64,000 nt of DNA from Octopus vulgaris (GCA_951406725.2 OX597814.1:187054001-187118000), one strand, 5' to 3'; positions 50,491-63,966 are shown, counted from the first letter of the stretch. Numbers and translations are program-made. The notes: generated from the sequence alone by a model not told the origin.

Positions 50491-52183
50491 CTTTGTTCAA
50501 GGTAAATGCTGCCTTTTACATTTCAGGCTTGATAAAATAATATCTGTCCAATATGATAAATTGATGGAATTGTGAGAGCATCAGTATTTTTTCTTGCTCT
50601 TTCCATTCTGCGTTCTTGGATGGTAGACATAAACCACTGCTTGGGTTAGCACAACTTATTGATCCTTTGAATCTTGTAGAAGAGACCACTCCATTGTAAG
50701 CTTTTATGCCTGATCTCCTGTTTTAGAATACTTCCTCACATCAATCTCAGAAGCACTGTAATGGCAGACGAGGATACCCTGTGGTATTTGAGCCTGCTCT
50801 TTGTGTTCTGAGGTTTTTGGGTGATAGACTTAGTTTATTGCCAAGTTTAGTATCACCACCTGATCCCCTGTGCCTTTAGCAGAGTTCACTCTATTGCAAG
50901 TATATGAGCCAAAGCTTTGATTTGGGGATAACTTCCTCCTTTCCTTCCACCAGACTCAGAAACCTGAAAAGAACAAAGGGTTAAAGGAACTGTCCTTGGC
51001 ACTGGTTGTCAAGTAATGGTGAGGATAAACACAGCTATTCTCCTGCATTCAAAATTTTCTTCATTTCTAAATATACATATAAGATAGAGTTCCACACATG
51101 ACATATACTGAGCTGAAAACTTCAATTAACTGAAGTTATCCTTACAATTTAAAGACAAGAGCCTATGTGAGAGTAGGATCAAAATCTAGAAACAACAAGC
51201 TAATACAATAAGTTTATCCAAGGACAACGGTAAGGTGCAGATCTTGCTCTCTAGAACGCAGTGGTGAAATCAATGGATTAGTCAAGCTAACTGAGGGGAA
51301 TATACCCAAAAGATTTAACAAAACCAAGCCACATCCATAGCTTTTTATGATGTTTATTGACAAAAATTGGTTAGATAACTGATCCATCAGTGGGTATGAA
51401 CTAAAATAGCTGACTGAGATTTGTTCAACTTAAAACATTCTTTTGTAAGCTTGCACATTATCCATAATAATGCATTCTCAGAATTCTTTGCTTTTTGTTA
51501 CTCACTGTTATAGTATGCTTTTTCCAAGTCCAAAGTCAACCAAAACCTTCATACACATTTTATGTTTACATAATGTATTCTGTACACAAATAGACCCCCA
51601 TACTTTTTTTTAAACTTGTTTTACATTCCAGCCATATGTATAATGAGTTCAAATCTCCCTGAAGTCAACTTTACCTTTCATCCTCGTAAAATACAAGGGT
51701 CAATTCTTCTGTCTCTTAATTTAGTTTCGAATTGTGCCTATAAATTGAAGGGCCAGCCATGTCATATATCATCATTCTGATACATTAAAGGTAAATATGT
51801 CTGTGGAATATTCAGTCACTTATATGTGAATTTCATGAGTTAGAATTTAGTTGACTGAATAATTGAATGCTCATCATCAAAATGGATGAAGAATTCACTA
51901 TCTATCCATCCATACACACACACTCCACTCAAACCCACACACCCAAGGAAGATTTTAACCCAACAGAGACTATACAAAGTCAAGATTAATTTCAAAGCAT
52001 TGCAATCCTACAATGGCTTAACTGGCCAAAATTTTGTAGTTACTGTCAATAATATTCTTGATTAGGACTAATAAACTTTACTCTACAAAAGTATAGAGTA
52101 ACCCATCAGGTAAATGTAAAATTGTTTTTATTATAACTGAACATAAAAACAAACGTTAACATAATATATATATGTTATATATT

Positions 52184-52730
52184 ATGGAAGAGGTAGACCT
52201 AGGAAGACATGGGATGAGGTGGTGAAGCATAACCAATCAATGTTCGGCTTCACAGAGACAATGACAGGAGACTGAGACCTTTGGAGATATGTTGTGATTG
52301 AGAAGACCTGGCAACTAAAGTGAGATTGTAGCCATGGCTGATGCCGGTGTCGCATGTCAGGCCCATGTAAAAGTACCCTTGATGCGTTGGGTGATATGAT
52401 ATGCTTGAGAAGACCTGTTGAGTCAAGTAAAACCAAAATCATAGCTGTTTCCAGTGCTCCCTGATTGGTTCCCATGCTGCTGGCACGTAAAAAGCACCAT
52501 TTGAGCATGGTCAATTCCAGGTCTGCCCAACTGGCTCCTGTGCCAGTGGCATCTAAAAAGGGACCAGCCAAACAGGGTTGATGCCAGTGCCCTCTGACTG
52601 GCTCCTGTGCCAGTGGCGCGTAAAAAACACTATCTGAATGTGATTGAAGCCAGTGCCCCTTGGTTTACTCCTGTGCTGGTGGCATGTAAAAAGCACCATC
52701 CAAACGTGGCCGATGCCAGTGCCCCTTGGC
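52184..52730 (+). mobile_element. RTE 3' end with hairpin repeat array
   Basis: GRGRPRKTWDEVV followed by TGGCACGTAAAAAGCACCAT repeat units. Confidence 0.85.
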
Positions 52731-53084
52731 ATCTTATCCTGTGCTCTAACAATCTCACGTACTGGTCCCCTGCTCTGGGCTGGTATTTCATTTATCAATC
52801 TCAAAAGGATTTCAACTAAGAATCCAGAGAGTCAAATTAAATACTACAAGGTATCTTATCTGACACTACAATGTTTTCCAATTCAAGGTCCATTCTTCTT
52901 GTTTGCTTATATCAGATATATAGTCAAAGCACTGACTACCTACTGAATCATTGTCCACTCTCAGTGGTTAAATCTCTTACCAAGATGAACTAAATTCATT
53001 CTACCTGGGGTCAAGTGCATCTATCTAACAGAGAAGGAGGGAGGGAGAAAGAAAGAGAGAGATAGAGATAGAAATAAAGAGAGA

Positions 53085-53125
<41 letters not shown>

Positions 53126-54059
53126 AGAAGAAGATTATCTTCATTATCATCATCATTTTACATCTACATTCCATGGTGGTACCAGTATGGACTACCTGGC
53201 CTTATTTGCAATTATCATCCTCCTACTCATTTTGGAGGGCCATACATTGTTCATACATCTAATTTTTGGCATGGTTTCTATACTTTAATGACTTTCCTAA
53301 TGTCAACAACTTTATAGAGTGTACTCAATGCATTTTGTCATGGCAGCAGCACGAGTGAGTTTGACTTTATGCCCTGCAAATATAATGAGTCCTCACTACC
53401 ACAAAATATTTCTGTTTGTTTATAGCAGCATGACCAAGTGAGATAGTAGTGACAAAAAAACCAGGGTGAATGGATGAGAGGAGCAAGAGTATGAGAGATG
53501 TTGAGTGATTGGAGTGTGAGAATGACAGATGAGGTAACAGAAAAGTGACAGTGCTGAAAGGAATAAGGATGTAAGAAAAACAGTAACAGCAGCTTTATGC
53601 TTTCTGGTGCAAGCAAAAGACATCTACTGATGGCTATAATAGAGTGTGATACTAAGAGAGAAAGATGGATGTCAATGACAAATGGCCTAGGGGAGAGGAA
53701 GTGAGCACAGAAGGGTATATCATATTATTAGAAATCCCTTCCATAGATGTCTCGATGGAAGAGAAAGGTTGAGGGAATAGGATGGTGGTAGAATATGCAT
53801 TGGTCCCTTCTTACATGAGTGGCATGGTGCAGTGAGAGGATAGAATGTGAGTGCTAGAGAGATGAAACAGGAGGACATATCCAATGACAATCCTAGTTAC
53901 ACAGGTGGCAACAAGATGCTATAAAAAGGACAGAAAGTGATTTGAAACAGCAATGAGTGATAAAAAGATGATAAGGTGAATGTTAGAAAAATGAAAGGGT
54001 CAAGAAGATATGAACAACAGATTTAGGCTTAACAGTAACACATTAGACAAGAAATGAAT

Positions 54060-54340
54060 ATATATATTAGAAGGTTTGGAGATGTTGTACAGGTATTATA
54101 TATTAAAAGAAATGAGGTATGCAGAAATCTGGATGGTTTTATATTTACAGATATTTATTAGTATGTTACATGTTTTTATAAATCATATATCATTTATTAG
54201 CATTTTCGTCCACTCTAGTGGAATTTTCAAATTGAACTTTTCCAGGAATTTTGTCTCTTTTTATAGTATTACACACTCAATAATATTATAAAAAGAGACA
54301 AAATTCCTGCAAAAGTTCATTTTGACAACTCCACTAGAGT
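54060..54340 (-). mobile_element. Solo PLE pseudo-LTR with an inverted duplication (arms 54212-54270 / 54279-54340)
   Basis: Homologous to 8515-8621 plus 9045-9125; minus strand TCCACTAGAGTGGACGAAA hammerhead remnant. Confidence 0.8.
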
Positions 54341-54775
54341 TGAAATTGTTGTGCTATCTTGTTAACAACTGATGAGGGATTTAACATATTTGTATATGTT
54401 GTGTTTGCATTTTTCCTGAAAAATTCTTTGTCATCCCCTTTCATTACCTGTGTGTTTGTGTTTGTGTGTGTGCCCACGCACACACATACAGACACTACAT
54501 ACCTGCATGTGTGAATGTGCTCTCTCTTTGTGCTACTTTTTTATGAATTATTAGTCAAGAATGGGTGGAGTGATTGATATAAGTGCGCAAAATTGCTACA
54601 GCATACTGCCTTTCTGTGTGTATGTATGTATCTACTTATGTATGTTTGTATTCAAGTATGTTTGTGTATATGTATGATACACCACATTCAAATACACACA
54701 CATGAAATGTTAGCAACATCTGTTCATTGAAATGTATTGTTGTTAAGATTGCTGTTACAGGGTGATATGACATCA

Positions 54776-55288
54776 GAGTATGGGATATTCCATCATCAGA
54801 GACAAATAGGGGGAAAAGAAATATGGAAAATGAGAATGGTATATATCAATAAGATGACAACTTAGAGGAAGGGAGTAAAAGAATAAGGAGATGGAAAGAA
54901 AGAAGAAAAAAGAAGCACCAAAGTTCATAATTCAACTTTCCAAAGTTATAGAAACCAGAACATGAATCCTTAGGTGCAATCCTGCTTAGATTCCTGAGCG
55001 TAAGTTGAATGTTGATATGTATGTGTCTTTTTTGGGGGGATGTCTACTATATCAGGACTTTAACCCACATGGATATATGCAGGATTGCACCAAAGGATTC
55101 ACGCTCTGGTTTCTATAACTTTGGAAAGTTGAACTATGAACTTTGGTGCTTCTTATTCCTTCTCTCTTTCCATCTCCTTATTCTTTAACTCTCTTCCTCT
55201 ATGTTGTCATCTTATTGATATATACCATTCTCATTTTCCATATTTCTTTTTCCCCTATTTGTCTCTGATGATGGAATATCCCATACTC
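54776..55288. repeat. High-identity inverted repeat (54776-54985 / 55079-55288)
   Basis: About 210-bp arms with a loop of about 93 nt; the right arm runs into a complete hammerhead. Confidence 0.92.
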
Positions 55289-55316
55289 GGGGATATCCCA
55301 GAAACAGCTGTAAGAT
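55261..55316 (+). ncRNA. Type I hammerhead ribozyme, minimal PLE type, complete core
   Basis: GTCT-CTGATGA(55265-55271)-TGGAATATCCC atactcg GGGATATCCCA (stem II)-GAAA-CAGCTG-TA-AGAT; GUA triplet, predicted cut after 55312. Confidence 0.9.
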
Positions 55317-56059
55317 TTTGAATTTCTTCCTACAATAATATTGTATATGACTTGGAATATTTGCCTTGCCTTAATGTTTGATGTCCTGCTTAACAATTAT
55401 ATATCCGTTGAATCGGAAATCTGCAATGGCTTCATAACTACTGTCTTGGCTATAACCTTGGAGCTCCAGTAATTCATTACAGCACTTGTGAACTAAACCC
55501 CATACTTTGTATGTGTGTGTATATATATATATATATAAAAATAAGTAGCTTACAATAATTTTCTATTTAACTAAGGTAATCAAATGCTAGGGCCTCCAAG
55601 AGTAATTTTGCAAGGCAGTACAAAACTCCTTTGGGGCCCCGGGCTGTAGAGAGATACTCTTACTGTTATTATGTGTCTATACATGTAGGCCTACAATAAT
55701 TAATAACAAATACTAATAAAAAGAAGTAAGTGTAGTGTGATAAGTATAGTGATGCTTGGGTATGTGAATGTAAATGTGCGTCAGGCTGGGGGTTGTAGAA
55801 AGTGCTTGTTTTCAAGGGGCGATGGATGTTGCATGGTTGCTGCAGGGCCCTACTTAGTTGTTGGGCTTCAGAACAAAGTACCAGCTGGACCCCACCCTGC
55901 CAGAGGCTCTGTCAAATGTATTCACTTTTTAAAACGAGACTGAATCATACTGTTAACACAGTACTGGCTTATAAGCCTTTAATAAATTTGGTAGTATATC
56001 ATGGCTGTGTAATGAAATATGGTGTCCCTACCAGCAATCAAAAATATCATCCAAAATGA

Positions 56060-56780
56060 ATGAAATTTTGTCTCCCTATTTTGTTGGCTTTGTTAAGCTA
56101 ATATCACAGCTTTTACTTGATTAGGCATGGATTTGATTTATTTATAAATGACAGAACTAATCTATGTTTATCCACTCTTTGTTCAATACATTTTTCAGCT
56201 CTCTACATATGCAATTTTTTGCAATCCAGTACACAATCTTCTCTCATGATATTTCTGTGTATATTTTATTGGAGTGAGATTAGGGTTTTAAACGACTCAT
56301 TACAGATATTTGATTCTGTGAGTTCTTTTCCAAGCTTGTGATATGTTGCTTGAATAACTTAGGCCTCTAATACACCATCTTCAAATTTGATAGTATTTTG
56401 AGCCATTTAAATAATTTTCAACAAATGTAAGCTCTGGCCTGCCTATTGCCCAAATTACCTCTCATACACTATGAACACCAGAAACTTCTTGCAGTGTCCC
56501 AGATCTTTTCTGCATTTAACCATGCCCTTCTTCAATCAACCTCTTTACTGTTTGATGATTAATACTGAAAAATTTAACTATTTCTCAGTTGGACTTTCCA
56601 TACTGATACCAGCCAATGACTTGTCTGCATGTAAATTGATATTTTTTTTTCTGAATGATTTTCATTTTTGTATTTTTCAAATTAAAGTTACAATTAATCC
56701 CAAACCCTCAATTACATTCATATTCAGTGTGTGAGGTATTTGAGGACATTTTTAGAAATTCAATAAAACAACTCTAATCT
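56060..56780 (-). pseudogene. Heavily decayed Tc1-like transposase
   Basis: VIWAIGRPELTFVENYLNGSKYYQI and C-terminal MPNQVKAVILA (SMP.R..AVI.AKG-like). Confidence 0.5.
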
Positions 56781-56847
56781 AGCAAAAAACCAAAACTACT
56801 TTAATAAAAATTTGTGCACTTGTTCTCAATAAGCTTTCTTAGAAGAT

Positions 56848-57575
56848 TATTTGATGGATCCACCTTCAGCTTCAATGAAAGGCCAGAGTTGTTGACAGTT
56901 GTTCAATGAGAGGCCAGAGTTGTTATTAATAGTCCTTATTCATTTCAGATATCATCTGGATAATGACAGTCATCAGTGAAGCTCTGGTATTGTGAGGCGG
57001 TGAGCTGACAGAATCGTTAGCAGGCCGGACAGAATGCTTAGCGGTATTTCGTCTGCCGCTACGTTCTGAGTTCAAATTCCGCCGAGGTCGACTTTGCTTT
57101 TCATCCTTTCGGAGTCGATTAAATAAGTACCAGTTACGCACTGTAGTCGATATAATCAACTTAATCCGTTTGTCTGTCCTTGTTTGTCCCCTCTGTGTTT
57201 AGCCCCTTGTGGGCAGTAAAGAAATAGGCATTGTGAGAGTGTCCATTGATCTCCTTTTCAATAATGTTCTAAATGTACAGGATTTAAATCTGGTGAGTTT
57301 GGTGGCCAAAACTTTAGTGTTACACGATCATAAAGATTGTCTGATATCCATTCTTAGATTTCATGGGCTTTGTGAGAAGGTGCTGAGTCTTGTTGAAACA
57401 CATATGGCATTTCCTTGCATACTTCACCTATCTAAGGCTTAACAACTGTCTCCAAAACTTCAAGTTATTCATTAACATTCATTCTAAGACCCTGTGTAAT
57501 GATATGAGGTGGCATGACATGACCTTCATAATACACCACACCTAAAACCATCACAACTGTTGGAAACTTAATGTA
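56848..57575 (-). pseudogene. Tc1/mariner-superfamily (maT/DD37D-like) transposase catalytic region, split by a SINE
   Basis: VMVLGVV..EGHVMPPH, YVFQQDSAPSHKA, FWPPNSPDLNP, HNT.ASL, VEAEGGSIK*. Confidence 0.85.
56996..57227 (+). mobile_element. SINE family B
   Basis: Near-identical to 46390-46620; approximate TSD G(T/C)ATTGTGA. Confidence 0.92.
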
Positions 57576-59546
57576 AAATTCATCAGTCATCGTTCACCCA
57601 GGATGACATCGTGGTCCTTGTTCTAACAAAAACATGCATGTGGGTGTGTATGTATGTGAGAGACAGAGAGAGGGAGAAAGAAACCTTTTTTTAATCTCAC
57701 ATTCCAATAACAACACAAGTCATGTCTTAATTAATAGACTTGTTCTAAATTATTTGATATAAATTTCCCTTCTGATTTATTGGACATCATTTTTCTTAAC
57801 AGTACAGCAGCATACTGTCACATAGAGATGAATATCCATTGAGATTATTCACACAAACTTTGAAAGCTCATTACCCAATATAGCTTGTTCTCTTTATTCT
57901 GTCTATAAATCAGGTTTTCACTAAATTAAACATCAAGATCCACTAGGAATGAATCCACTTTCATCTGCTAGAAAGATCAGACATCATCTAACCCATGCAC
58001 CCAGCAGATATCTGATACAAATATATTTGCCTTGTACCGTATTATATGGTGTTTAATGAAGGGGAAAAAACCCCTTAACTCTTCTGCCACAGTACAATGC
58101 CTCATGTAAGTAGGTGTAAACTCTAGGTAAGAGCTTAGCTGAACACACAGCAGCTGTTACTCTTGTTTTTCAAGCAAAAAAAAACCTATCCACTATTTAC
58201 AGTTGTCATCATTGAAGCATATGACGACAATATAAACAGCATTTACATTCAGCAAGCCACATGTTATGGTAGATAATATAACTCTTTTTCATAAATGAAC
58301 GTGAATATATTTAATTACTTGAGGCTTCTTTTTCAAACAATGCAATTCACTTGACATTAAGTGTCACAGCAGTTTCTCTTTCCTTTTCATGTTTCTTCCT
58401 TTCTTTCTGAAGAGAGAAAGAGGGGTGACAAAAAAGAAAGAAGAAAGGTAGGGGATAAATAATGATATCAATCAACAAGGAGATATTTTTCGCCCCTCAT
58501 ACTTCTTATGAAACAATTCAATAGAAAAAAAAATGCATTTTTTTTTTATTATTTTGGTGGTTATTTTTGTACAATTGTCACCAGCAGTGGGAGGGAAAAG
58601 TAAACAGCAACGTTTAATGTTTACACAGAGATGTTTTATTAAGTTTGTCCTTTAACGGCCATGAACTAAATATATTTATTTATTGTATGATTCAACTGTT
58701 TAGTGCTTATTGGTCTGTTTGACTTTTCGTACCTTTGAAAGAAGGACAATACAAACAGAAAACTATATCAAAGTCATGAAAATAAACTGTAAAGGCACAT
58801 TAACTACTCAAATACACATACATATTTAAATGGATATAAATTTATTTATTCATTTCAAGGGTTTATAACACGGTTTAATAGTTTATATTGCTTTAATATA
58901 CTCATAAATGGAATAGTAATAATTTTATTGTCGCATATTTCCTACATCGTTTACGCTATGTTACAAAAGTAGGGATTTGCCCGTAGTCTTTATGTTTTAT
59001 TTTTAAGCCATTGACAAATGTAGGGAAACAGTTAAATATAAATGGAAGGAGTCTCATTTTTGAGTGATGTAAAGGTAATTATGACAGAGCGTAAAGATAT
59101 GTTGAGAATTTACAACGAAGACATTCAAGAAATCGTACAGGAAAGAGAGAGGATTATTACTAATCATAAGAACCTGAAGATAAACACAATTTGAAATTAA
59201 ATTAAAATATTTGTGAATAGTTCTTTAAGATTTTCTGCAAGAAGCATAAATTTACTTTTAAAATTTACAGATTTTCTACGCCAAGTGCCTCCTAACTAAC
59301 AAAATAGCAATGATTTATAATTGGTTAAAAACTTGCTCTAAGGTGTGTATGTGTGTGTGATCGAAGACTTGATTAAAATAGTTTTATAAGTTTTCTATTT
59401 TGTGTTGGCAACATACACAAGAAATGCTTGATGATATAAAACATTGATTATATTCTAAAATTTAACCACTTTCTACTGATTGATGCAATCAGTTTAATGA
59501 TTATTGAACAGAATAATCATACGTAGGTGTGTGTGTGTGTATGTGT

Positions 59547-59925
59547 ACTCTCTTTTACTTGTTTCAGTCATTTGACTGTGGCCATGCTGGAGCACCGCCT
59601 TCAGTCGAGCAAATCAACCCCAGGACTTATTCTTTGTAAGCCTAGTACTTATTCTATCGGTCTCTTTGGCTGAACCGTTAAGTTACAGGGACGTCAACAC
59701 ACCAGCATTGGTTGTCAAGCGATGTTGGGGGACAGACACAGACACACACACATATATATACGACGGGCATCTTTCAGTTTTCGTCTACCAAATCCACTCA
59801 CAAGGCTTTGGTCTGCCCAAGGCTAAAGTAGAAGACACTTGCCCAAGGTGCCACGCAGTGGGACTGAACCCGGAACCATGTGGTTGGTAAGCAAGCTACT
59901 TACCACACAGTCACTCCTACGCCTA
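59547..59925 (-). mobile_element. SINE family A
   Basis: Reverse complement of the consensus. Confidence 0.92.
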
Positions 59926-60158
59926 TGTGTGTATGTATTGTTACATACATAATACCAGATTTGTATCGTCTTTGACCACAAGTTCCTAAATTTCTTGTGC
60001 TTCATTCCAAAGCAATCACACAGATAAACTTTCCAAAAATTATTTGGTTTTTGATCAGTTCTTATATTGTGCCTCTCCTGCTACTACCTACTTTGTTCTT
60101 CACAATGGACTGGCTCTAATATAACTCTTGAACCCTTTTGATGCCAATCTACTTGAAA

Positions 60159-60390
60159 GGCGGCGAGCTGGCAGAATCCTTAGCATGTCAGGCAAAATGC
60201 TTAGTGGCATTTCGTCTGCCGTTACGTTCTGAGTTCAAATTCCACCGAGGTCGATTTTGCCTTTCATCTTTTCGGGGTCGATAAATTAAGTACCAGTTAC
60301 GCACTAGGTTCCATGTAATCGACTTAATCCGTTTGTCTGTTCTTGTTCGTCCCCTCTATGTTTAGCCCCTTGTGGGTAGTAAAGAAATAG
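60159..60390 (+). mobile_element. SINE family B with approximate 17-bp TSD
   Basis: TSD GATGCCAATCTACTTGA / GATACCAATCTGCTTGA. Confidence 0.92.
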
Positions 60391-60713
60391 ATACCAATCT
60401 GCTTGAGGCTGCCTCTAGTTCCATGATACAAACCTCTTGTTTAAAATGATCTAAATCAAAACTCTCAATCAAAATTTCACATTCATTTCTATATTTAGTA
60501 AGGACAAATTTTATTAAGTTCCTCATTATTTTGAAAATTAATTGAAACAAAGGCAGAGGAATATGCAAACAAAATATCACATTAAATTCTCCATTTCTCA
60601 CAATCTATATTACATTTCATACTTCCCTTCATGAGAACTATTCTCTCTCCACATATTCCTGTATATTACACTTCAATAATCTTATAACCATACTCATGTC
60701 TGCAATGAAAAGG

Positions 60714-60885
60714 TCACGATCGGTTGGTGCTTTTTACGTGCCACCAGCACGGAAGCCAGTCAAGGCGGTGCTGGCATTGGCCACATTCGGATGGTGCTTT
60801 TTACGTGCCACCGGCACAGGTATCACAACTACAATTTCCATTTGATTTTTTTTATGTTGATGTACTTGACTCAATAGGTCTCCTC
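60714..60885 (-). mobile_element. RTE-tail hairpin repeat fragment
   Basis: GGTGCTTTTTACGTGCCACC units homologous to 41540-41790. Confidence 0.82.
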
Positions 60886-60911
60886 GAATGTGAAAAAATG
60901 TATTTTCATTT

Positions 60912-61137
60912 TGTATTCAGCATTTAGATTCCTTTGTCAAAAGTAATGCTTTTATATTCACATTGCTTTCAATAAATCATGCATTATCTCATAGCTTCAA
61001 GATTCTGATACTGTGATTGTTTTATTTTTAGAATGACATTGTTGGGTAAGAGTGAGAAGCTGGATCTGGCTGGTTTGAACATAAAACAGGTACAATATTT
61101 GGGCCAAATATGGCCAGTTTAAATACTAAAGGATTAA
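60912..61137 (-). mobile_element. piggyBac-like MITE, second diverged copy
   Basis: Reverse-complement homology to 44327-44798 without the nested insert; ends CTAAAGGATTAA. Confidence 0.75.
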
Positions 61138-61575
61138 ACATTTTAGAAACTTCAGAGGGTAGACAACTAGCTCAGGGAACAACACTTCATATTCTGTGAG
61201 AACTCCCTCTGTGGGTATCTTGACCAAGGCATTTGGTTCATAACTGCTGTATCCTCCTACCCATCAAGTTCCTGTTCAAACAACCCTATGATCAAAGGCA
61301 TTTTTGGCATCACCATCTTGTTTTGTTTTTAGACAAGTGTACCTAGGATTACATCCAACTATTCTTACTTTTTTTAAGACAGCAGAATGTTGTTATAGAT
61401 TTGGCTGTCATTTATAGCAATTTAAGCAACTACACAGACTCTTTTGAGTACCACAGATGATATAATTCATGCTTATTTGCAATGACATAACAGTAAAATT
61501 TACAAGTGCATGAATGTTTTGTAGTGCTAAGTTCATGGGAAAAACTTCTTGTAATAACACAAGCATCCTACACAG

Positions 61576-61957
61576 AGGCGTAGGAGTGGCTGTGTGGTAA
61601 GTAGTTTGCTTATGAACCACATGGTTCTGGGTTCAGTGTCTTCTACTATAGCCTCGGGCCAACCAAAGCCTTGTGAGTGGATTTGGTAGGCGGAAACTGA
61701 AAGAAACCCGTTGTATATATGTATGTGTGTGTGTGTGTGTTAGTTTGTGTGTCTGTATTTGTCTCCCCAACATCACTTGACAACCGATGCTGGTGTGTTT
61801 ACATTCCCATAACTTAGCGGTTCGGCAAAGGTGACTGATAGAATAAGCACTTGGCCTACAAAGAATAAGTCCTGGGGTCGATTTGCTCAACTAAAGGCGG
61901 TGCTCCAGCATGACCACAGTCAAATGACTGAATCAAGTAAAAGAGTAAAGAGAGAGA
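61576..61957 (+). mobile_element. SINE family A with a small internal deletion
   Basis: Consensus match, lacking CCCACTGCGTGGCACCTTGGGCAA. Confidence 0.9.
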
Positions 61958-62112
61958 AATTTGCTACTAATTTACTCAATACCACAGTATCAAGGATCAT
62001 TGTGATTTAGAAAAGTATAGATAATTGCTTAATTTTATGCATATTACAGCATATTTAAAAGTCTGCATCATTTTCATGCCATCAAATTGATGATTATTAT
62101 TTATTCAAGTTA

Positions 62113-62320
62113 AGGTGGTGGGCTGACAGAATCATTACCATGCCAGGCAAAATGCTTAGTGACATTTCTTCCGACTTCACATTCTGAGTTTAAATGCTGC
62201 TAGGGTTGACCTTGCCTTTCATCGTTTTAGGGTCAATAAAGTAAGTACCAGCTGAATACTGGAGTCAATGTAATCAGCTTACTCCATCCCTTGAAATTGC
62301 TGGCCTTGTGCCAAAATTTG
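62113..62320 (+). mobile_element. Diverged SINE family B relative
   Basis: GGTGGTGGGCTGACAGAATC...TTGCCTTTCATC. Confidence 0.7.
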
Positions 62321-63444
62321 AAATTTATTTATTCAAGTTAATTCAGGTTTCAAGAAGAAGAAAATGGATGTTGAATCTTATAAAAAATATAGAGTAGGAA
62401 TGAAACAAGTGGTGATACACTGTGCTGAATTAAATTCATCCAACCTGTGCCAGCAATGAAATGTAGATGTAAAATGATGATGATAATTCTGCACTGAAGG
62501 GCAAAACTTTTTAGCCACATATCTACATATCTTTTCAGAATATACTGGCCACATTTATCACTTAATATACTTTCTGAGGACTGTGTATAAATGCTTTTTA
62601 TGATTCAACCAACATGTTAGAAACTGGTGGTGGTAGAAAAAGGGGCTTTGTTCTATTGATGTATTGGAAATGGTTCGCTTTTTGATTACACTTAATTTGA
62701 ACAGCTTTTCAAAGGTGTTCTGTTTAGCTAGTAAGGTTTGCTTGAACCTATTTCGATTTATTATTAAAGCTTTTATGGCTTTGAATCATTGAGAGGCATC
62801 TTTTCAGAAGATGATTGTGAATCTATCACAGGTTTTACCCAAAAGGAAATTTAAACTTATTTGTGTAAACTAATGAAATGCGAACCAATTATACCAAATC
62901 CTCTATATCAATAGCAGTAAACTGCTTCCTCATGGTTGTTCACTCAATTTCAACTCTCCTACATAATCAAAAGCATTCTAACTGTGACCATCCTGTCAAT
63001 TATCTAGGTATAGTGTACTGAGTGTATCATTCATCTTTTGAGATAATATTTGACTACTATTTTGAGCAATATTGCCAATGGGGATGCCTTATATAGTTGC
63101 TTGAGATACAAGAAAAAGTAGCCAAATCACCCTCAAATCACACTTCCATTTTAAATAAATGAAGATACATTGAACAATGGAGTTTCTAATATACAAATCG
63201 ATGAGCTAATCACTGTTCATATGGCTTTGATCAATCATGACTCTGTTCAACCAGGGCAGATCTAGAACAAATGACTAGTGTTAGGTGAACTGAACTACTT
63301 GAGAGTCCACTGAGTTGAGAGATAACAGTAAATCAATGATCATTTAATCAGCAGTCCAGCTGTCTCAGCGCCTAGTTAGCTTTATGTTTCAATGATATAA
63401 TGATATTGAAAATACATTTGAATGTTGTATGAGCTATTATTTTA

Positions 63445-63714
63445 TTCTTTTACTTGTTTCAGTCATTTGTCTGCAGCCATGCTGGTGCACTGCCATTAGT
63501 CGAGCAAATCAACCCCTTTATAAGCCTAGTACTTATTCTATCGGTCTCTTTTGCTGAACCGCTAAGTTACGGGAACGTAAACACACCAGCATCAGTTGTC
63601 AAATGATGTTGAGGGGACAAACACGGACACACAAACTTACACACACATATATGATGGGCTTAAGACCAGCATCAGCTGTCAAGCGATGTTGGGGGGACAA
63701 ACACAGACACACAA

Positions 63715-63761
<47 letters not shown>

Positions 63762-63926
63762 CGACGGGCTTCTTTCAGTTTCCGTCTACCAAACCCACTC
63801 ACAAGGCTTTGGGCAGCCCGAGGCTATAGTAGAAGACACTTGCCCAAGGTGCCATGCAGTGGGACTGAACCCGGAACCATGTGGTTGGTAAGCAAGCTAC
63901 TTACCACACAGCCACTCCTGCACCTA
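63445..63926 (-). mobile_element. SINE family A with an internal duplication
   Basis: The ACCAGCATCAG.TGTCAA..GATGTTG segment occurs twice (about 63585 and 63665). Confidence 0.88.
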
Positions 63927-63966
63927 TGTACATCTTTGCTGTGTACATCTTTGAAAAAATTTATAT

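Noticed and set aside
50560-50990. Minus-strand splice acceptor (CCTTTAACCCTTTGTTCTTTTCAG) and putative exon
   Set aside because: The downstream sequence is homologous to about 26120-26230 (an old dispersed repeat) and the frames examined close quickly.
59081-59194. 37-aa ORF MTERKDMLRIY...
   Set aside because: Too short, with no homology recognised and no supporting signals.
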